A stretch of DNA of 32,000 nucleotides, from assembly GCA_049942965.1 (NCBI GenBank), contig CP188088.1, forward strand, positions 1 to 32,000, given 5' to 3'. A program made the translations under genes and the position numbers. Shown piece after piece: positions 7,782 to 18,600 of this stretch (within the stretch, counting starts at the first letter, position 1; each line of letters begins with the position of its first letter). Source of the stretch: Candidatus Saccharimonadota bacterium (GTDB lineage: Bacteria > Pseudomonadota > Gammaproteobacteria > Enterobacterales > Enterobacteriaceae). A model generated the notes under the pieces. That model searched no databases. It was not told where the DNA came from and saw nothing but the letters and a program-made list of their open reading frames with translations.

Positions 7782-9002
7782 TTATTTATTCCATTTTATT
7801 GATTTTAAATCTATTCCTGATTTAAACATTTCCCATAATGGAGATAATTTACGTAAACGAACAATTGCTGAACGAACCGATTTGATTGTATAATCAATTT
7901 CTTCTTCAGTAGTAAACTTTCCTAAAGAAAATCTAATCGAACTATGTGCAAGTTCATCTTTTATGCCCATAGCTCTTAATACGTACGATGGCTCTAAACT
8001 AGTAGATGTACAAGCTGATCCAGACGAAACAGCTAAGTTTTTCAAGGCCATAATTAAAGATTCTCCTTCTACATAATTAAAACTAATATTTAAAATATGA
8101 GGAGAAGTAATTTCAAAACTGCCATTTAAATAAACTTCTTCTATGTCTTTTAAACCATTCCACAATTTATTTTTTAAAAAATTCAATTTTTTATATTCCA
8201 TAACAAAATTAATTTTTGCAAGTCGAAAAGCTTCTCCCATTCCTACAATTTGATGAACAGGTAAAGTTCCAGATCTCATTCCTCTTTCATGACCACCTCC
8301 ATGAATTTGAGCTGATAATCGTATTCTTTTAGGACTTCGACTTACATAAAGAGCTCCAATTCCTTTAGGACCATATATTTTATGTCCTGAAAAAGACATT
8401 AATCCTATATTTATTTTTTTTAAATTAATGTCAATTTTACCAATAGCTTGTGTTGCATCAACATGTAATACAACATTTTTTTCGTTACATATTTCTGATA
8501 TTTCGTTTATCTTTTGTATTACTCCTGTTTCATTATTCACAAACATAATTGAGACAAGAATTGTTTCCTTTGAGATTTTTTCTTCTATTTCTTTAGGATT
8601 AATTAATCCATTAGAGTCAGGATTAACATATGTAACTTTGAAACTATTTTTTTCTAAAAATCTACAAGTATCTAACACAGATTTATGTTCTGTATTACTA
8701 GTAATAATGTGTTTTCCTTTTTTTTGATAAAAATCACAGTATCCTTTTATAGCTAAATTATTTGATTCTGTAGCTCCAGAAGTAAATATTATTTCTCTAG
8801 GATCTGCATTAATTAATTGAGCTATAATATTTCTTGATTCGTCAACAGACTCTTCAGCTTTCCAGCCTAATACATGAGAACGTGATGCTGCATTTCCAAA
8901 AGTTCCATCTAAAGTTAAATATTTTATCATTTTTTTTACTATTAATGGATCCATGGGTGTTGTTGCTGCGTAATCTAAATATATTGGATTTTTATAATTC
9001 AA
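7782..9002 (-). CDS. iscS: Cysteine desulfurase IscS (PLP-dependent)
   Basis: 406-aa ORF with [29 protein letters not shown] (PLP-lysine region) and SSGSACTS (active-site Cys loop). Confidence 0.96.
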   Translation of the reverse strand: MNYKNPIYLDYAATTPMDPLIVKKMIKYLTLDGTFGNAASRSHVLGWKAEESVDESRNIIAQLINADPREIIFTSGATESNNLAIKGYCDFYQKKGKHIITSNTEHKSVLDTCRFLEKNSFKVTYVNPDSNGLINPKEIEEKISKETILVSIMFVNNETGVIQKINEISEICNEKNVVLHVDATQAIGKIDINLKKINIGLMSFSGHKIYGPKGIGALYVSRSPKRIRLSAQIHGGGHERGMRSGTLPVHQIVGMGEAFRLAKINFVMEYKKLNFLKNKLWNGLKDIEEVYLNGSFEITSPHILNISFNYVEGESLIMALKNLAVSSGSACTSTSLEPSYVLRAMGIKDELAHSSIRFSLGKFTTEEEIDYTIKSVRSAIVRLRKLSPLWEMFKSGIDLKSIKWNK

Positions 9003-9169
9003 TTTTTTTTCCCTAATGGTTTTAAATTTTTTTAAAATTTAGAAATATTTTTTAATATAAATGAATATTTATAATTTAATGGAAACAATTTATTTGATTT
9101 ACTGTTGCAATTTTTTTATATAATTATTATATTATAAATTAATCAATTTGAAAAATTTTAAAAATTAAT

Positions 9170-9242
9170 AGGGGTATAGCTCAATAGGAAGAGTTTCGGT
9201 CTCCAAAACCGAAGGTTGTGGGTTCAATTCCCTCTACCCCTG
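9170..9242 (+). tRNA. trpT: tRNA-Trp (anticodon CCA)
   Basis: Cloverleaf read by eye: AGGGGTA acceptor arm, anticodon stem TCGGT/ACCGA with loop CTCCAAA, T-loop TTCAATT. Close to E. coli tRNA-Trp (AGGGGCG...CUCCAAA...CGCCCCUG). The 3' CCA is not encoded. Confidence 0.93.
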
Positions 9243-9282
9243 AAATAGTTTTGTTTGTAGCTCTTACACCAAAACAAGAAAA

Positions 9283-9315
9283 AATAATAAAAAATAAATC
9301 TTATTTTTTATTATT
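9283..9315 (+). terminator. Perfect 33-bp A/T palindrome (15-bp stem, 3-nt loop) followed by CTTTTT; candidate terminator after tRNA-Trp
   Basis: aataataaaaaataa-atc-ttattttttattatt was checked base by base. The stem is all A/T, so stability and function are uncertain. Confidence 0.3.
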
Positions 9316-9441
9316 CTTTTTCATTGCTTCTTAGCTTCTTAAAAAATCATTTTTTTTTTACAATTCTTAAATTAAACAATTTTTATATCCTTATATTAAT
9401 TGTTATATCCTTTCTTTGCTGAAAAATAATAATGAGGAAAA

Positions 9442-11304
9442 ATGCCAAGATATAGATCTTTTACTACCACGCATGGGAAGAATATGACTGGTGCAAGAGC
9501 ATTATGGAAAGCTACAGGAATGAAAGATTCAGATTTTGAAAAGCCAATTATAGCTGTTGTAAATTCTTTCACTGAATTTGTACCTGGTCATATTCATTTA
9601 AAAAAACTAGGATCATTAGTATCAAATGAAATAAAAGTTTGTGGAGGTGTTGCTAAAGAATTTAATACAATAGCTATTGATGACGGAATTGCTATGGGAC
9701 ATTCCGGAATGATGTATTCATTGCCATCTAGAGAATTAATTGCAGATTCAGTAGAATATATGATTAATGCACATTGTGCAGATGCTATGGTTTGTATATC
9801 AAATTGTGATAAAATTACTCCTGGAATGTTAATGGCATCATTACGATTAAATATTCCAACTGTATTTGTTTCTGGCGGTCCAATGGAAGCTGGAATACAA
9901 GAACACAAAAATAAAAAAATTAATTTAGTTGATGCAATTGAAATAAGTGTAAAAAATGTAAATAATAATGAAATTTCTCAAATAGAAAATTCTGCATGCC
10001 CTACTTGTGGGTCTTGTTCAGGATTATTTACTGCTAATTCGATGAATTGTTTAACTGAAGCACTGGGATTGTCTTTGCCTGGAAATGGAACATTATTAGC
10101 TACACACAAGGATAGAAAAGCACTATTCTTACAAGCAGGTCAAATTATTGTTCAAATAGCTAAATCTTGGTATGAAGAAAATAATCCGAATGTTTTACCT
10201 AGAAACATAGCTTGTGAATCTTCATTTAAAAATGCAATGACAGTTGATATTGCAATGGGAGGTTCCACTAATACTGTTTTACATTTATTAGCTGCTGCAA
10301 AAGAAGGAAAAATAAATTTTAATCTTTCTGATATAGATACATTATCTAAAAAAATTCCACACATTTGTAAAATTGCTCCTAGTAGTAATAAATTTCATAT
10401 GGAAGACATGCATAGAGCTGGTGGGGTTATGCGTATTTTAGGTGAATTGAATAAAGACAAGTTAATTGATACTTCTGTTAAAAATGTTTTAGGTATTACT
10501 TTGAAAGAAACTCTTAAAATATATAATATTTCTGATACAAAAAACAAAAATGTGATTAATATGTTTTTATCAGGACCAGGAGGTTACAGAACTGTAGTTC
10601 CATTTTCTCAAAATTTTAAATGGAAATCGTTAGATAATGATTCTAAAAGAGGTTGTATACGTTCTGTTGAAAATTCATATAGTAAAGAAGGTGGTTTAGC
10701 TATTTTATTCGGAAACATAGCAAAAAATGGTTGCATTGTAAAAACAGCAGCAATAGAAAAAAAAAATTATGTATTTTTGGGAAAAGCTAAAGTATATGAT
10801 TCTCAAGAAGATGCTGTTTACGATATATTAAATCATAAAATTAGGTTTGGAGATGTTATAGTTATACGATATGAAGGACCGAAGGGTGGTCCTGGAATGC
10901 AAGAAATGTTGTATCCTACTACATATTTAAAATCTATGAAACTAGACAGACATTGTGCTTTAATCACTGATGGAAGATTTTCAGGAGGAACATCTGGCAT
11001 ATCTATTGGACATATATCACCAGAAGCTGCTGACGGTGGAGAAATTGCTTTAATAAAAAATGGAGACTTAATCAAAATTGATGTTCCAAATAGAACTATC
11101 AATTTAGAGATTTCAGAATTAGAACTTTTAAATAGAAAAAAATATGAAGATTCTAAAGAAGAAAACTCATATCTACCAAATAGAAAAAAAAGAACGATTT
11201 CGAATTCTCTAAAAATTTATTCTTTGTTAGTTACTAGTGCTGATAAAGGAGCTATAAGAGATATCAATAAATTAAACAGATTTCTGAAGGAAAAACAATT
11301 TTAA
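9442..11304 (+). CDS. ilvD: Dihydroxy-acid dehydratase
   Basis: 620-aa [25 protein letters not shown] matches the E. coli IlvD N-terminus. [22 protein letters not shown] and GPGMQEML motifs are present. Confidence 0.97.
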   Translation: MPRYRSFTTTHGKNMTGARALWKATGMKDSDFEKPIIAVVNSFTEFVPGHIHLKKLGSLVSNEIKVCGGVAKEFNTIAIDDGIAMGHSGMMYSLPSRELIADSVEYMINAHCADAMVCISNCDKITPGMLMASLRLNIPTVFVSGGPMEAGIQEHKNKKINLVDAIEISVKNVNNNEISQIENSACPTCGSCSGLFTANSMNCLTEALGLSLPGNGTLLATHKDRKALFLQAGQIIVQIAKSWYEENNPNVLPRNIACESSFKNAMTVDIAMGGSTNTVLHLLAAAKEGKINFNLSDIDTLSKKIPHICKIAPSSNKFHMEDMHRAGGVMRILGELNKDKLIDTSVKNVLGITLKETLKIYNISDTKNKNVINMFLSGPGGYRTVVPFSQNFKWKSLDNDSKRGCIRSVENSYSKEGGLAILFGNIAKNGCIVKTAAIEKKNYVFLGKAKVYDSQEDAVYDILNHKIRFGDVIVIRYEGPKGGPGMQEMLYPTTYLKSMKLDRHCALITDGRFSGGTSGISIGHISPEAADGGEIALIKNGDLIKIDVPNRTINLEISELELLNRKKYEDSKEENSYLPNRKKRTISNSLKIYSLLVTSADKGAIRDINKLNRFLKEKQF

Positions 11305-11362
11305 GTTATTTATCATTTAATATTTTGTAAACTTATATATTTTAATATAATTTGAGAGGATT

Positions 11363-12841
11363 ATGAAAAATTATTTTAATACTTTAAACTTTAGGGAAAA
11401 ATTAATAGAACTACAAAAATGTCGTTTTATTAAAAAGAAAGAATTTTTAAATGGTTGTAATTATTTGAAAGGAAAAAAAATTGTTATTATAGGAGCTGGT
11501 TCACAAGGATTAAATCAAGGATTGAATTTAAGAGATTCTGGATTAGACGTTTCTTTTGCACTGAGAAAAGAATCAATTAAGAACAAAAATAATTCTTGGA
11601 AGCAAGCTATAAAATTTGGTTTTCTAGTAGATATTTATCAAAATTTAATACCAAATGCTGATTTAGTTATTAACTTAACTCCAGATAAACAACATTCGAA
11701 TGTCATCAAAGATATACAAGGATTGATGAAATATGGATCATGTTTAGGTTATTCTCATGGATTTAATATAATTGAAATGGGAGAAAAGATTCGTTCAGAT
11801 ATTACTGTTATTATGGTTGCTCCTAAATGTCCTGGAACAGAAGTAAGAAAAGAATATAAAAGAGGTTTTGGAGTTCCAACATTAATAGCTGTACATAATG
11901 AAAATGATATTAAAAAAAATGGAGAAAAAATAGCAAAATCATGGGCCTATGCTTTAGGAAGTCATAGAGCTGGAGTTTTGCTTTCTTCTTTTTCAGCTGA
12001 AGTTAAATCAGATTTAATGGGAGAACAAACGATTTTATGTGGAATATTACAATCAGGCAGTTTGATATGTTTTGATTATTTAGTGAAACAAGGGAATGAT
12101 CCTGCTTATGCATGTCAATTAGTTCAGAATGGATGGCAAGCTATTACAGAATCTTTAAAGTTTGGTGGTATTACTTTAATGTTAGATCGAATAACTAATT
12201 CTTCAAAAATTAGAGTTTGTCAATTATCTAAAAAACTAAAAAAAATTTTGTTGCCTTTATTTAGAAAACATATGGATGAAATAATTGAAGGTCATTTTTC
12301 TAAAAAAATGATAAATGATTGGAATAAGAAAGATAAATATTTAATTTCTAAACGAAAAGAAACAAAAAATTCTAATTTTGAAAATGCTAAATCTTATCGA
12401 GGTACTATATCAGAATCAGACTATTTTGAAAATTGTACATTTATGATAGCTCTTATAAAAGCAGGTGTAGAACTATCTTTTGAAATAATGGTAGAAACAG
12501 GAATTCTTGCGGAATCAGCTTATTATGAATCTTTACATGAATTACCATTAATTGCAAATACAATAGCAAGGAAAAGATTGTATGAAATGAATTTAGTTAT
12601 ATCCGATACTGCAGAATATGGAAATTATCTTTTTAGTGAAAAAGCAATTCCGATTTTAAAGGAATTTGTAAAAGAATTAAAATATGGGGATTTAGGAAAT
12701 AATGTTTTAAATATAAAAATTAGTAATTTTGAATTACATAAAATAAATAATGAAATATCTAAACACCCAATTGAAGTTATAGGAAGAAAACTCAGAAAAC
12801 ACATGACCAAAATGAAATCTATTTATGAAGAAGAAAAATAA
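11363..12841 (+). CDS. ilvC: Ketol-acid reductoisomerase (class II, long form)
   Basis: 492-aa [17 protein letters not shown] resembles E. coli MANYFNTLNLRQQL. Contains the Rossmann motif [17 protein letters not shown] and lies adjacent to ilvD. Confidence 0.96.
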   Translation: MKNYFNTLNFREKLIELQKCRFIKKKEFLNGCNYLKGKKIVIIGAGSQGLNQGLNLRDSGLDVSFALRKESIKNKNNSWKQAIKFGFLVDIYQNLIPNADLVINLTPDKQHSNVIKDIQGLMKYGSCLGYSHGFNIIEMGEKIRSDITVIMVAPKCPGTEVRKEYKRGFGVPTLIAVHNENDIKKNGEKIAKSWAYALGSHRAGVLLSSFSAEVKSDLMGEQTILCGILQSGSLICFDYLVKQGNDPAYACQLVQNGWQAITESLKFGGITLMLDRITNSSKIRVCQLSKKLKKILLPLFRKHMDEIIEGHFSKKMINDWNKKDKYLISKRKETKNSNFENAKSYRGTISESDYFENCTFMIALIKAGVELSFEIMVETGILAESAYYESLHELPLIANTIARKRLYEMNLVISDTAEYGNYLFSEKAIPILKEFVKELKYGDLGNNVLNIKISNFELHKINNEISKHPIEVIGRKLRKHMTKMKSIYEEEK

Positions 12842-13286
12842 ATTTTTAATTTACTTTTAGATTAATAACAAAATTAAAAATGAAATTTTATAAATTTTAA
12901 AAAATATTTCTGTTTTTTTTATTTTTTATTCGTTTTTAATTTTTTACATTTTTATCTTATTATTATTAATTTGATTAATTTAATATTTAAAATTTAATCT
13001 TAAAGTTATTATTTTTTTAAAATTTGTCTTGAATTATTAATAATAATTATTAAATTTTAGAAATTTTATTTTACATAATATAAAAGATTTTTTTAAAACG
13101 TTGGTTTTTTCTATATTAGAAAATTTTTTATAAAAATTTTAAATCTTAAAATTAAAAATAATTTTTATAAGTTTTATTGTTCCTGTTAAAAAAATTTTTA
13201 AAATTTATATTAAAATAGTCGTTTTATATTTGTTTCAAAAGTTATAAGTTGAACACTTATTTTTTAAAGTTAGGAAACATAAATTA

Positions 13287-13628
13287 ATGAAAAAAAACAA
13301 ATTAATTAATTTAAATGAAAATGAATTAGATGGATATATAGATTCCAAAAATCAATTATTAGTAATTGATTTTTGGGCAGAATGGTGTGCTCCATGTAAA
13401 CAATTATCTCCTATCTTAGATAGTATTGCTGATGAATACATTGATAACAATGATTTATTTTTAATAAAAGTTAACATTGATGAAAATAAAAAATCTGCCT
13501 TAAAATACGAGATAAAAAGTATTCCTACATTATTGTTTATTCGTGATAAACTAACATTAGATAGAGTTAGTGGTTTAATATCTAAATTTAAAATAAAAGA
13601 ACTAATTGAAAATTATTTAAAAAAATAA
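13287..13628 (+). CDS. trxA: Thioredoxin 1 (active site WCAPC instead of WCGPC)
   Basis: 113-aa ORF. DFWAEWCAPCK compares with E. coli DFWAEWCGPCK. It lies upstream of rho as in E. coli. Confidence 0.93.
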   Translation: MKKNKLINLNENELDGYIDSKNQLLVIDFWAEWCAPCKQLSPILDSIADEYIDNNDLFLIKVNIDENKKSALKYEIKSIPTLLFIRDKLTLDRVSGLISKFKIKELIENYLKK

Positions 13629-13648
13629 ATTGACATAAATTTAATTAT

Positions 13649-13686
13649 AGCGGTTTTGTTTAATAAAAACCGCTGGATTTTTTTTA
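13649..13686 (+). terminator. Rho-independent terminator downstream of trxA
   Basis: A 9-bp stem (agcggtttt / aaaaccgct) with an 8-nt loop, followed by ggaTTTTTTTTaTT. This is one of the few G/C-containing hairpins with a proper T-run in the window. Confidence 0.6.
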
Positions 13687-13779
13687 TTATAAAAGATATA
13701 ATTAAAAATATTAAGATAAAATATTAAATATATTTACATATCACGACTTACTTCAAGTTTATTTAAGAAATCCGCAATC

Positions 13780-15039
13780 ATGAATCTTACCGAGCTTAAA
13801 AATACTACAGTTTCTGAGTTAATTACTTTAGCTGAAAAAATAGGATTAGAAAATTTAGCACGTATGAGAAAACAAGATATTATTTTTTCTATTCTTAAAC
13901 AACATGCAAAAAGTGGAGCAGATATTTTTGGAAATGGTGTTTTAGAAATATTACAAGATGGATTTGGTTTTTTACGTTCTTCAGATAGTTCTTATTTGGC
14001 TGGACCAGATGATATTTACGTTTCTCCAAGTCAGATACGACGGTTTAATTTACGAACAGGAGATACTATATCAGGTAAAATAAGACCTCCAAAAGAAGGA
14101 GAAAGATATTTTGCATTATTAAAAGTAAATTTTGTTAATTACGATAAACCTGAAAATGCAAGAAGTAAAATTTTATTTGAAAACTTAACTCCCTTACATG
14201 CAAACTCTCGTTTAAGAATGGAACGTGGAAACGGATCTACGGAAGATCTTACTGCAAGAGTTTTAGATCTTGCTTCTCCTATAGGAAGAGGACAAAGAGG
14301 TTTAATTGTTGCCCCTCCAAAAGCAGGAAAAACTATATTGTTGCAAAATATCGCACAAAGTATAGCTTATAATCACTCAGACTGTGTTTTAATGGTATTA
14401 TTGATTGATGAGCGTCCAGAAGAAGTAACTGAAATGCAACGTTTGGTAAAAGGAGAAGTAATTGCTTCAACATTCGATGAACCTGCATCTAGACATGTTC
14501 AAGTTTCTGAAATGGTTATAGAAAAAGCAAAAAGATTGGTAGAACATAGAAAAGATGTAATAATTTTATTAGATTCTATTACTCGTTTGGCAAGAGCTTA
14601 TAATACTGTCGTTCCAGCTTCAGGAAAAGTATTAACAGGAGGTGTAGATGCAAATGCATTGCATAGACCTAAACGTTTTTTTGGAGCAGCAAGAAATGTT
14701 GAAGAAGGCGGTAGTTTAACTATCATTGCTACTGCATTAATTGATACTGGTTCTAAAATGGACGAAGTAATATATGAAGAATTTAAAGGTACTGGAAATA
14801 TGGAATTACCTTTATCTAGGAAAATTGCAGAGAAACGTGTATTTCCAGCAATTGATTATAATCGGTCTGGAACTAGAAAAGAAGAATTATTAACAATCCC
14901 AGAAGAATTACAAAAAATGTGGATTTTAAGAAAAATAATTCACCCAATGGGAGAAATAGATGCTATGGAATTTTTAATTAACAAATTATCTATGACTAAA
15001 ACGAATAGTGAATTTTTTGATATGATGAAAAGATCTTAG
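13780..15039 (+). CDS. rho: Transcription termination factor Rho
   Basis: 419-aa ORF, the same length as E. coli Rho. [15 protein letters not shown]..., Walker [22 protein letters not shown]. Highly conserved throughout. Confidence 0.97.
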   Translation: MNLTELKNTTVSELITLAEKIGLENLARMRKQDIIFSILKQHAKSGADIFGNGVLEILQDGFGFLRSSDSSYLAGPDDIYVSPSQIRRFNLRTGDTISGKIRPPKEGERYFALLKVNFVNYDKPENARSKILFENLTPLHANSRLRMERGNGSTEDLTARVLDLASPIGRGQRGLIVAPPKAGKTILLQNIAQSIAYNHSDCVLMVLLIDERPEEVTEMQRLVKGEVIASTFDEPASRHVQVSEMVIEKAKRLVEHRKDVIILLDSITRLARAYNTVVPASGKVLTGGVDANALHRPKRFFGAARNVEEGGSLTIIATALIDTGSKMDEVIYEEFKGTGNMELPLSRKIAEKRVFPAIDYNRSGTRKEELLTIPEELQKMWILRKIIHPMGEIDAMEFLINKLSMTKTNSEFFDMMKRS

Positions 15040-15200
15040 AAAATATAAAGATAATATTAGTTGATTTTATTTTAATAAATGGTTAAAATTTTTTTAAATT
15101 AAATAATTTATGTTTATTTCTATCTAGAAAACAAAGTATATATAAATTATTTAAATGTTGTTAATTCAAAAAAATGAAGAAAATTAAAATTTTTTAATAA

Positions 15201-15276
15201 GCACCCGTAGCTCAGTTGGATAGAGCAATACTTTCCGAAAGTATAGGTTTCACAGGTTCGAATCCTGTCGGGTGTA
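15201..15276 (+). tRNA. argX: tRNA-Arg (anticodon CCG)
   Basis: GCACCCGTAGCTCAGTTGGATAGAGC..., anticodon stem ATACT/AGTAT with loop TTCCGAA, T-arm CAGGTTCGAATCCTG. Close to E. coli argX. CCA is not encoded. Confidence 0.92.
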
Positions 15277-15341
15277 AAAAATATATTACATATTATTTTT
15301 TTACTGCAAAAAAATAAAAAATATTTTTTTGAAGAAATGAT

Positions 15342-15415
15342 GGTGACTATAGCTCAGCAGGTAGAGCTCTGGATTGTGGTTCCAGTGGTCATGGGTTCGA
15401 TTCCCATTAGTCACC
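15342..15415 (+). tRNA. hisR: tRNA-His (anticodon GTG, with encoded G-1)
   Basis: GGTGACTATAGCTCAG... with an extra 5' G pairing to C73, anticodon stem CTGGA/TCCAG with loop TTGTGGT, T-arm ATGGGTTCGATTCCCAT. Close to E. coli hisR. Confidence 0.93.
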
Positions 15416-15475
15416 CAAAAATGTTTTTGTTTTTTTTATTATAAAATTCATAGATATTTAAATTATTTTACTGAA

Positions 15476-15549
15476 CGGCGAATAGCGCAGCTTGGTAGCG
15501 CAACTGGTTTGGGACCAGTGGGTCAGAGGTTCAAATCCTCTTTCGCCGA
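15476..15549 (+). tRNA. proM: tRNA-Pro (anticodon TGG)
   Basis: CGGCGAATAGCGCAGCTTGGTAGCGC, anticodon stem ACTGG/CCAGT with loop TTTGGGA, T-arm AGAGGTTCAAATCCTCT. Nearly identical to E. coli proM. CCA is not encoded. Confidence 0.93.
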
Positions 15550-15795
15550 AAAAATTTATTCATAAAAATGTTATTTTTTTTTTTTTTTTTTTGGTTTTAA
15601 AAAATTTTTAATTTTTAAATTAAATTATTTAAAAAAATTTTTTTATATTTAATAAATTTAACATTTTTTAAATATTGTTAAATTGTATTTTTTATTTATG
15701 AATTTTTTATTTTAGAAAATTTATTTGAGATTTTTATTTTTTATTATAAAAAATTTAGTGTTTTTATTACAAATAAAGTTATAACTAGTATGAAA

Positions 15796-16140
15796 TTAAT
15801 AAATTTCTTTAAAAATATTTTCATTACATTTATCTAAAAAAATTTTTTCTATGACTCTCCAAAAATTTTTTTTAGTTTTTTTGCATATCCAAGATTGATT
15901 GATTGAATTAAATTGAAAATGATATCCATTAATTTCAGTAGCAAGCCATACTTCTTGTATTGATGATTGTTTATTAATTAATATAAGATTTTTATCTTTA
16001 AAAGTTATTGTAAATATTTCATTGTTATATTGATAATCAATATCACTATTTTTACAATTATCTAATGAATTCTCTAACTTGGATAGTAATTCTTCTACTA
16101 AAGCAATATAGGTAGAATTAGTCATTTTGGTTTTTTTCAT
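15796..16140 (-). CDS. cyaY: Frataxin-like iron-binding protein CyaY
   Basis: 114-aa ORF. DIDYQYNNEIFTITFKDKNLILINKQSSIQEVWLATEINGYHFQF aligns with E. coli CyaY [45 protein letters not shown]. It is divergent from dapF as in E. coli. Confidence 0.9.
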   Translation of the reverse strand: MKKTKMTNSTYIALVEELLSKLENSLDNCKNSDIDYQYNNEIFTITFKDKNLILINKQSSIQEVWLATEINGYHFQFNSINQSWICKKTKKNFWRVIEKIFLDKCNENIFKEIY

Positions 16141-16188
16141 ATAGTTAATATTTTATTTTTTTATTAACATTTTATACTAGGATATTAA

Positions 16189-17040
16189 ATGAATAAAAAA
16201 AAATCAATAAAAAAAATTTATTTTTCAAAAATGCAATCATTAGGAAATGATTTTATGATTATAGATATGACTAAAAAAAAATATAACTTATCTACTAATG
16301 AAATAACATATTTGTCAAATCGAAATTATGGAGTTGGTTTTGATCAGTTGTTATTAATAGAGAAAACAAAAATAAATAATATTGATTTTTTTTATCGAAT
16401 TTTTAATGCTAGTGGAGAAGAAGTAGAACAATGTGGTAACGGAGTTCGTTGTTTTTGTTTTTTTTTATATAAAAAAAAATTAATAAAAAAAAGAATTATT
16501 TCTGTTATGACTTCAAAAATAAAAATGATTTGTAAAATTTTAGATAATTTTGAAATATTAGTAAATATGGGAAAACCTAATTTTATTCCTAAAAAAGTTC
16601 CATTTTTAGTTAATAAAGAAAAAAAAATATATTCTTTAAAAATATTAGAAGAAAAAATTTCTTTTAGTGTTGTTTCTATTGGAAATCCTCACTGTATTTT
16701 AATAGTAAAAAAAATAGATGAATGTAATATAAAAAAATTAGGACCTATTTTGGAAAGACATAGTTTATTTCCAAATAAAGTAAATGTTGGATTTGTTCAA
16801 ATATTGTCTAGAAGTAAAATTTTATTAAGAGTTTATGAAAGAGGTGTTGGAGAGACTAAATCATGTGGAAGTGGTGCATGTGCTGCAGTAGCGGTTGGAA
16901 TTTTAAGAGGATTGCTAAATTTTAATGTATCAGTAATATTAGAAGGAGGAATAATAAAAGTTTTTTGGAAAGGTTTGGGTCATTCTCTTTTTATGTCTGG
17001 TCCAGCAAATCATGTATATGACGGTTTAATATATTTGTAG
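16189..17040 (+). CDS. dapF: Diaminopimelate epimerase
   Basis: 283-aa ORF with FSKMQSLGNDFMIID, the first catalytic-Cys region EQCGNGVRCF and the second SCGSGACAA. Confidence 0.93.
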   Translation: MNKKKSIKKIYFSKMQSLGNDFMIIDMTKKKYNLSTNEITYLSNRNYGVGFDQLLLIEKTKINNIDFFYRIFNASGEEVEQCGNGVRCFCFFLYKKKLIKKRIISVMTSKIKMICKILDNFEILVNMGKPNFIPKKVPFLVNKEKKIYSLKILEEKISFSVVSIGNPHCILIVKKIDECNIKKLGPILERHSLFPNKVNVGFVQILSRSKILLRVYERGVGETKSCGSGACAAVAVGILRGLLNFNVSVILEGGIIKVFWKGLGHSLFMSGPANHVYDGLIYL

Positions 17041-17525
17041 AGAAATTGAACAATATGCGTAATAAATTTATAATTATTATAAAAAATAATTTTTTTTTAT
17101 TTATATAAAAATTATATATTCATATAAGACTTATATCAAATAGAAATTTTCAGTGTTTTTTTATAGAAATAATGTTTTTTAAAAAAATAGATTTATATCT
17201 ATGTAAAAATTAATATAAGAACAACTTAATTAAGTTTTTTAATTATTATTTTTTTTAAAGTTAGTTTACTTATCCTTCTTAACGTACTAAATCCGATATA
17301 ATCGATTTTTATTTGTTTTTTTCAAAAATTCTTCATTTTAAATTCATTATTCACTAAATATTCATTATTATAAAAAAAAATTATTTTGATAATTATATTT
17401 TTATTTTTTTATATATTAAATAGACTTATCTATTATAATTATGATAATAGTTTTTTTATTTTTATTTTTAATTTTCAACATTATCTGTTTTTTATATAAT
17501 ATTTCTAAAATAGAAAATCATTATT

Positions 17526-17587
17526 AATGATCTTAATAAATATCTCTTAAAATAATGAATGATCTTAATAAATGTCTCTTAAAATAA
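17526..17587. repeat. Direct repeat, two 30-bp copies at a 32-bp period (aatgatcttaataaat[a/g]tctcttaaaataa)
   Basis: Copies at 17526-17555 and 17558-17587 differ at one position. They lie within the long non-coding region downstream of dapF. Confidence 0.6.
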
Positions 17588-18600
17588 AACAACTAAAATT
17601 AGGTTTACTTATTTTGATGAAAAAATAAATTTTAAACAGTTATTTCTTTGAAATATATACATATAAATAAAAAAATTATTAATAATTTTTTAGCAAGATT
17701 AATAAAAAAATATTTTATCTATTTATTTTTTAAATATTAATTTCATTAATTTTTTGATCATGTTCTTTTTTCAGCTCCATAGTACTTTCATTTTTACTTG
17801 TTATGTTAAATAGTTTAAATTACAAAAAATTAATTTAAAAAAATTTTTTTAAAAAATTAAATGTTGTATCTTAACAAGATATTTTTTTTTTAGTTTTGTT
17901 TTTCAGTAGATTAATTTGTTATATTTTATGTCAATCAATAAATTTTTATTAAAATTAAACTAGGTTATATTTTCTTTCCATACATATATTTTATTGAAGT
18001 TTATTTTTTTTATTAATTAATAGTTATAAATGATCATTTGATTTTTAATTTTAGTTATTTATTATTTCTTCATTTAATTTTTATTATTTGAGAGGTAGCT
18101 TTTTTTAGTTGTATTGTACTTTTTTGATTATTTATTAAATTAGTTTAGAATTCTTTTATTTTTTTTTTTAATTTTAATTATTTTATTTTTATTTTTTTAT
18201 TAGACTTAGAAGCACTTATGAAATTAGTTTATAACAATCTTGAAAAAATCAATAGTCACTTTTTACTATTTTATTGTTTGTTTCTTTACAATTTTTTTTG
18301 TTTTTTTTTGTTTTGAGTTTTTTAGAAAATTGATAATTTTAAAGTTTAAATTATTTCTTTTTTTAAAATGTACATTTCAATTAAAAAAGAATCAAATATC
18401 ACAAAAATAAGCTTTTAAATATTCTATTATTACTTAAATTTTTTCTTCATGATTTTTTTTATTTTATGAATAAGTTTTAAAAAAAGGTTTTATATATAAA
18501 AATACTATAATTAATATTCCTTTTATGATCTTGACTAAATAAGCAAATTAAAGTAAAAGAGAGATTATGTAGATTTATAAAAATAGGATTAATAATAAAT

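Noticed and set aside
9594-11102. Antisense ORFs inside ilvD (9594-9908, 10152-10364, 10833-11102)
   Set aside because: They are shadow ORFs on the opposite strand of a strongly conserved gene and have no independent support. The same reasoning applies to 1486-1737 (in der), 4205-4405 (in hscA), 8428-8727 and 8834-9016 (in iscS) and 12625-12810 (in ilvC). It also applies to 23058-23507 (in hslU), 23683-23895 and 24013-24237 (in hslV) and 28423-28749 (in miaA).
15374-15565. 63-aa plus-strand ORF
   Set aside because: It lies entirely over tRNA-His and tRNA-Pro and is open only because of their higher GC content.
15577-15594. Long T-run after tRNA-Pro, and the 18-T run at 25297-25314 upstream of orn, as special elements
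   Set aside because: Homopolymer A/T runs are pervasive in this genome. There is no adjacent hairpin to define a canonical terminator, so they are noted only in passing.
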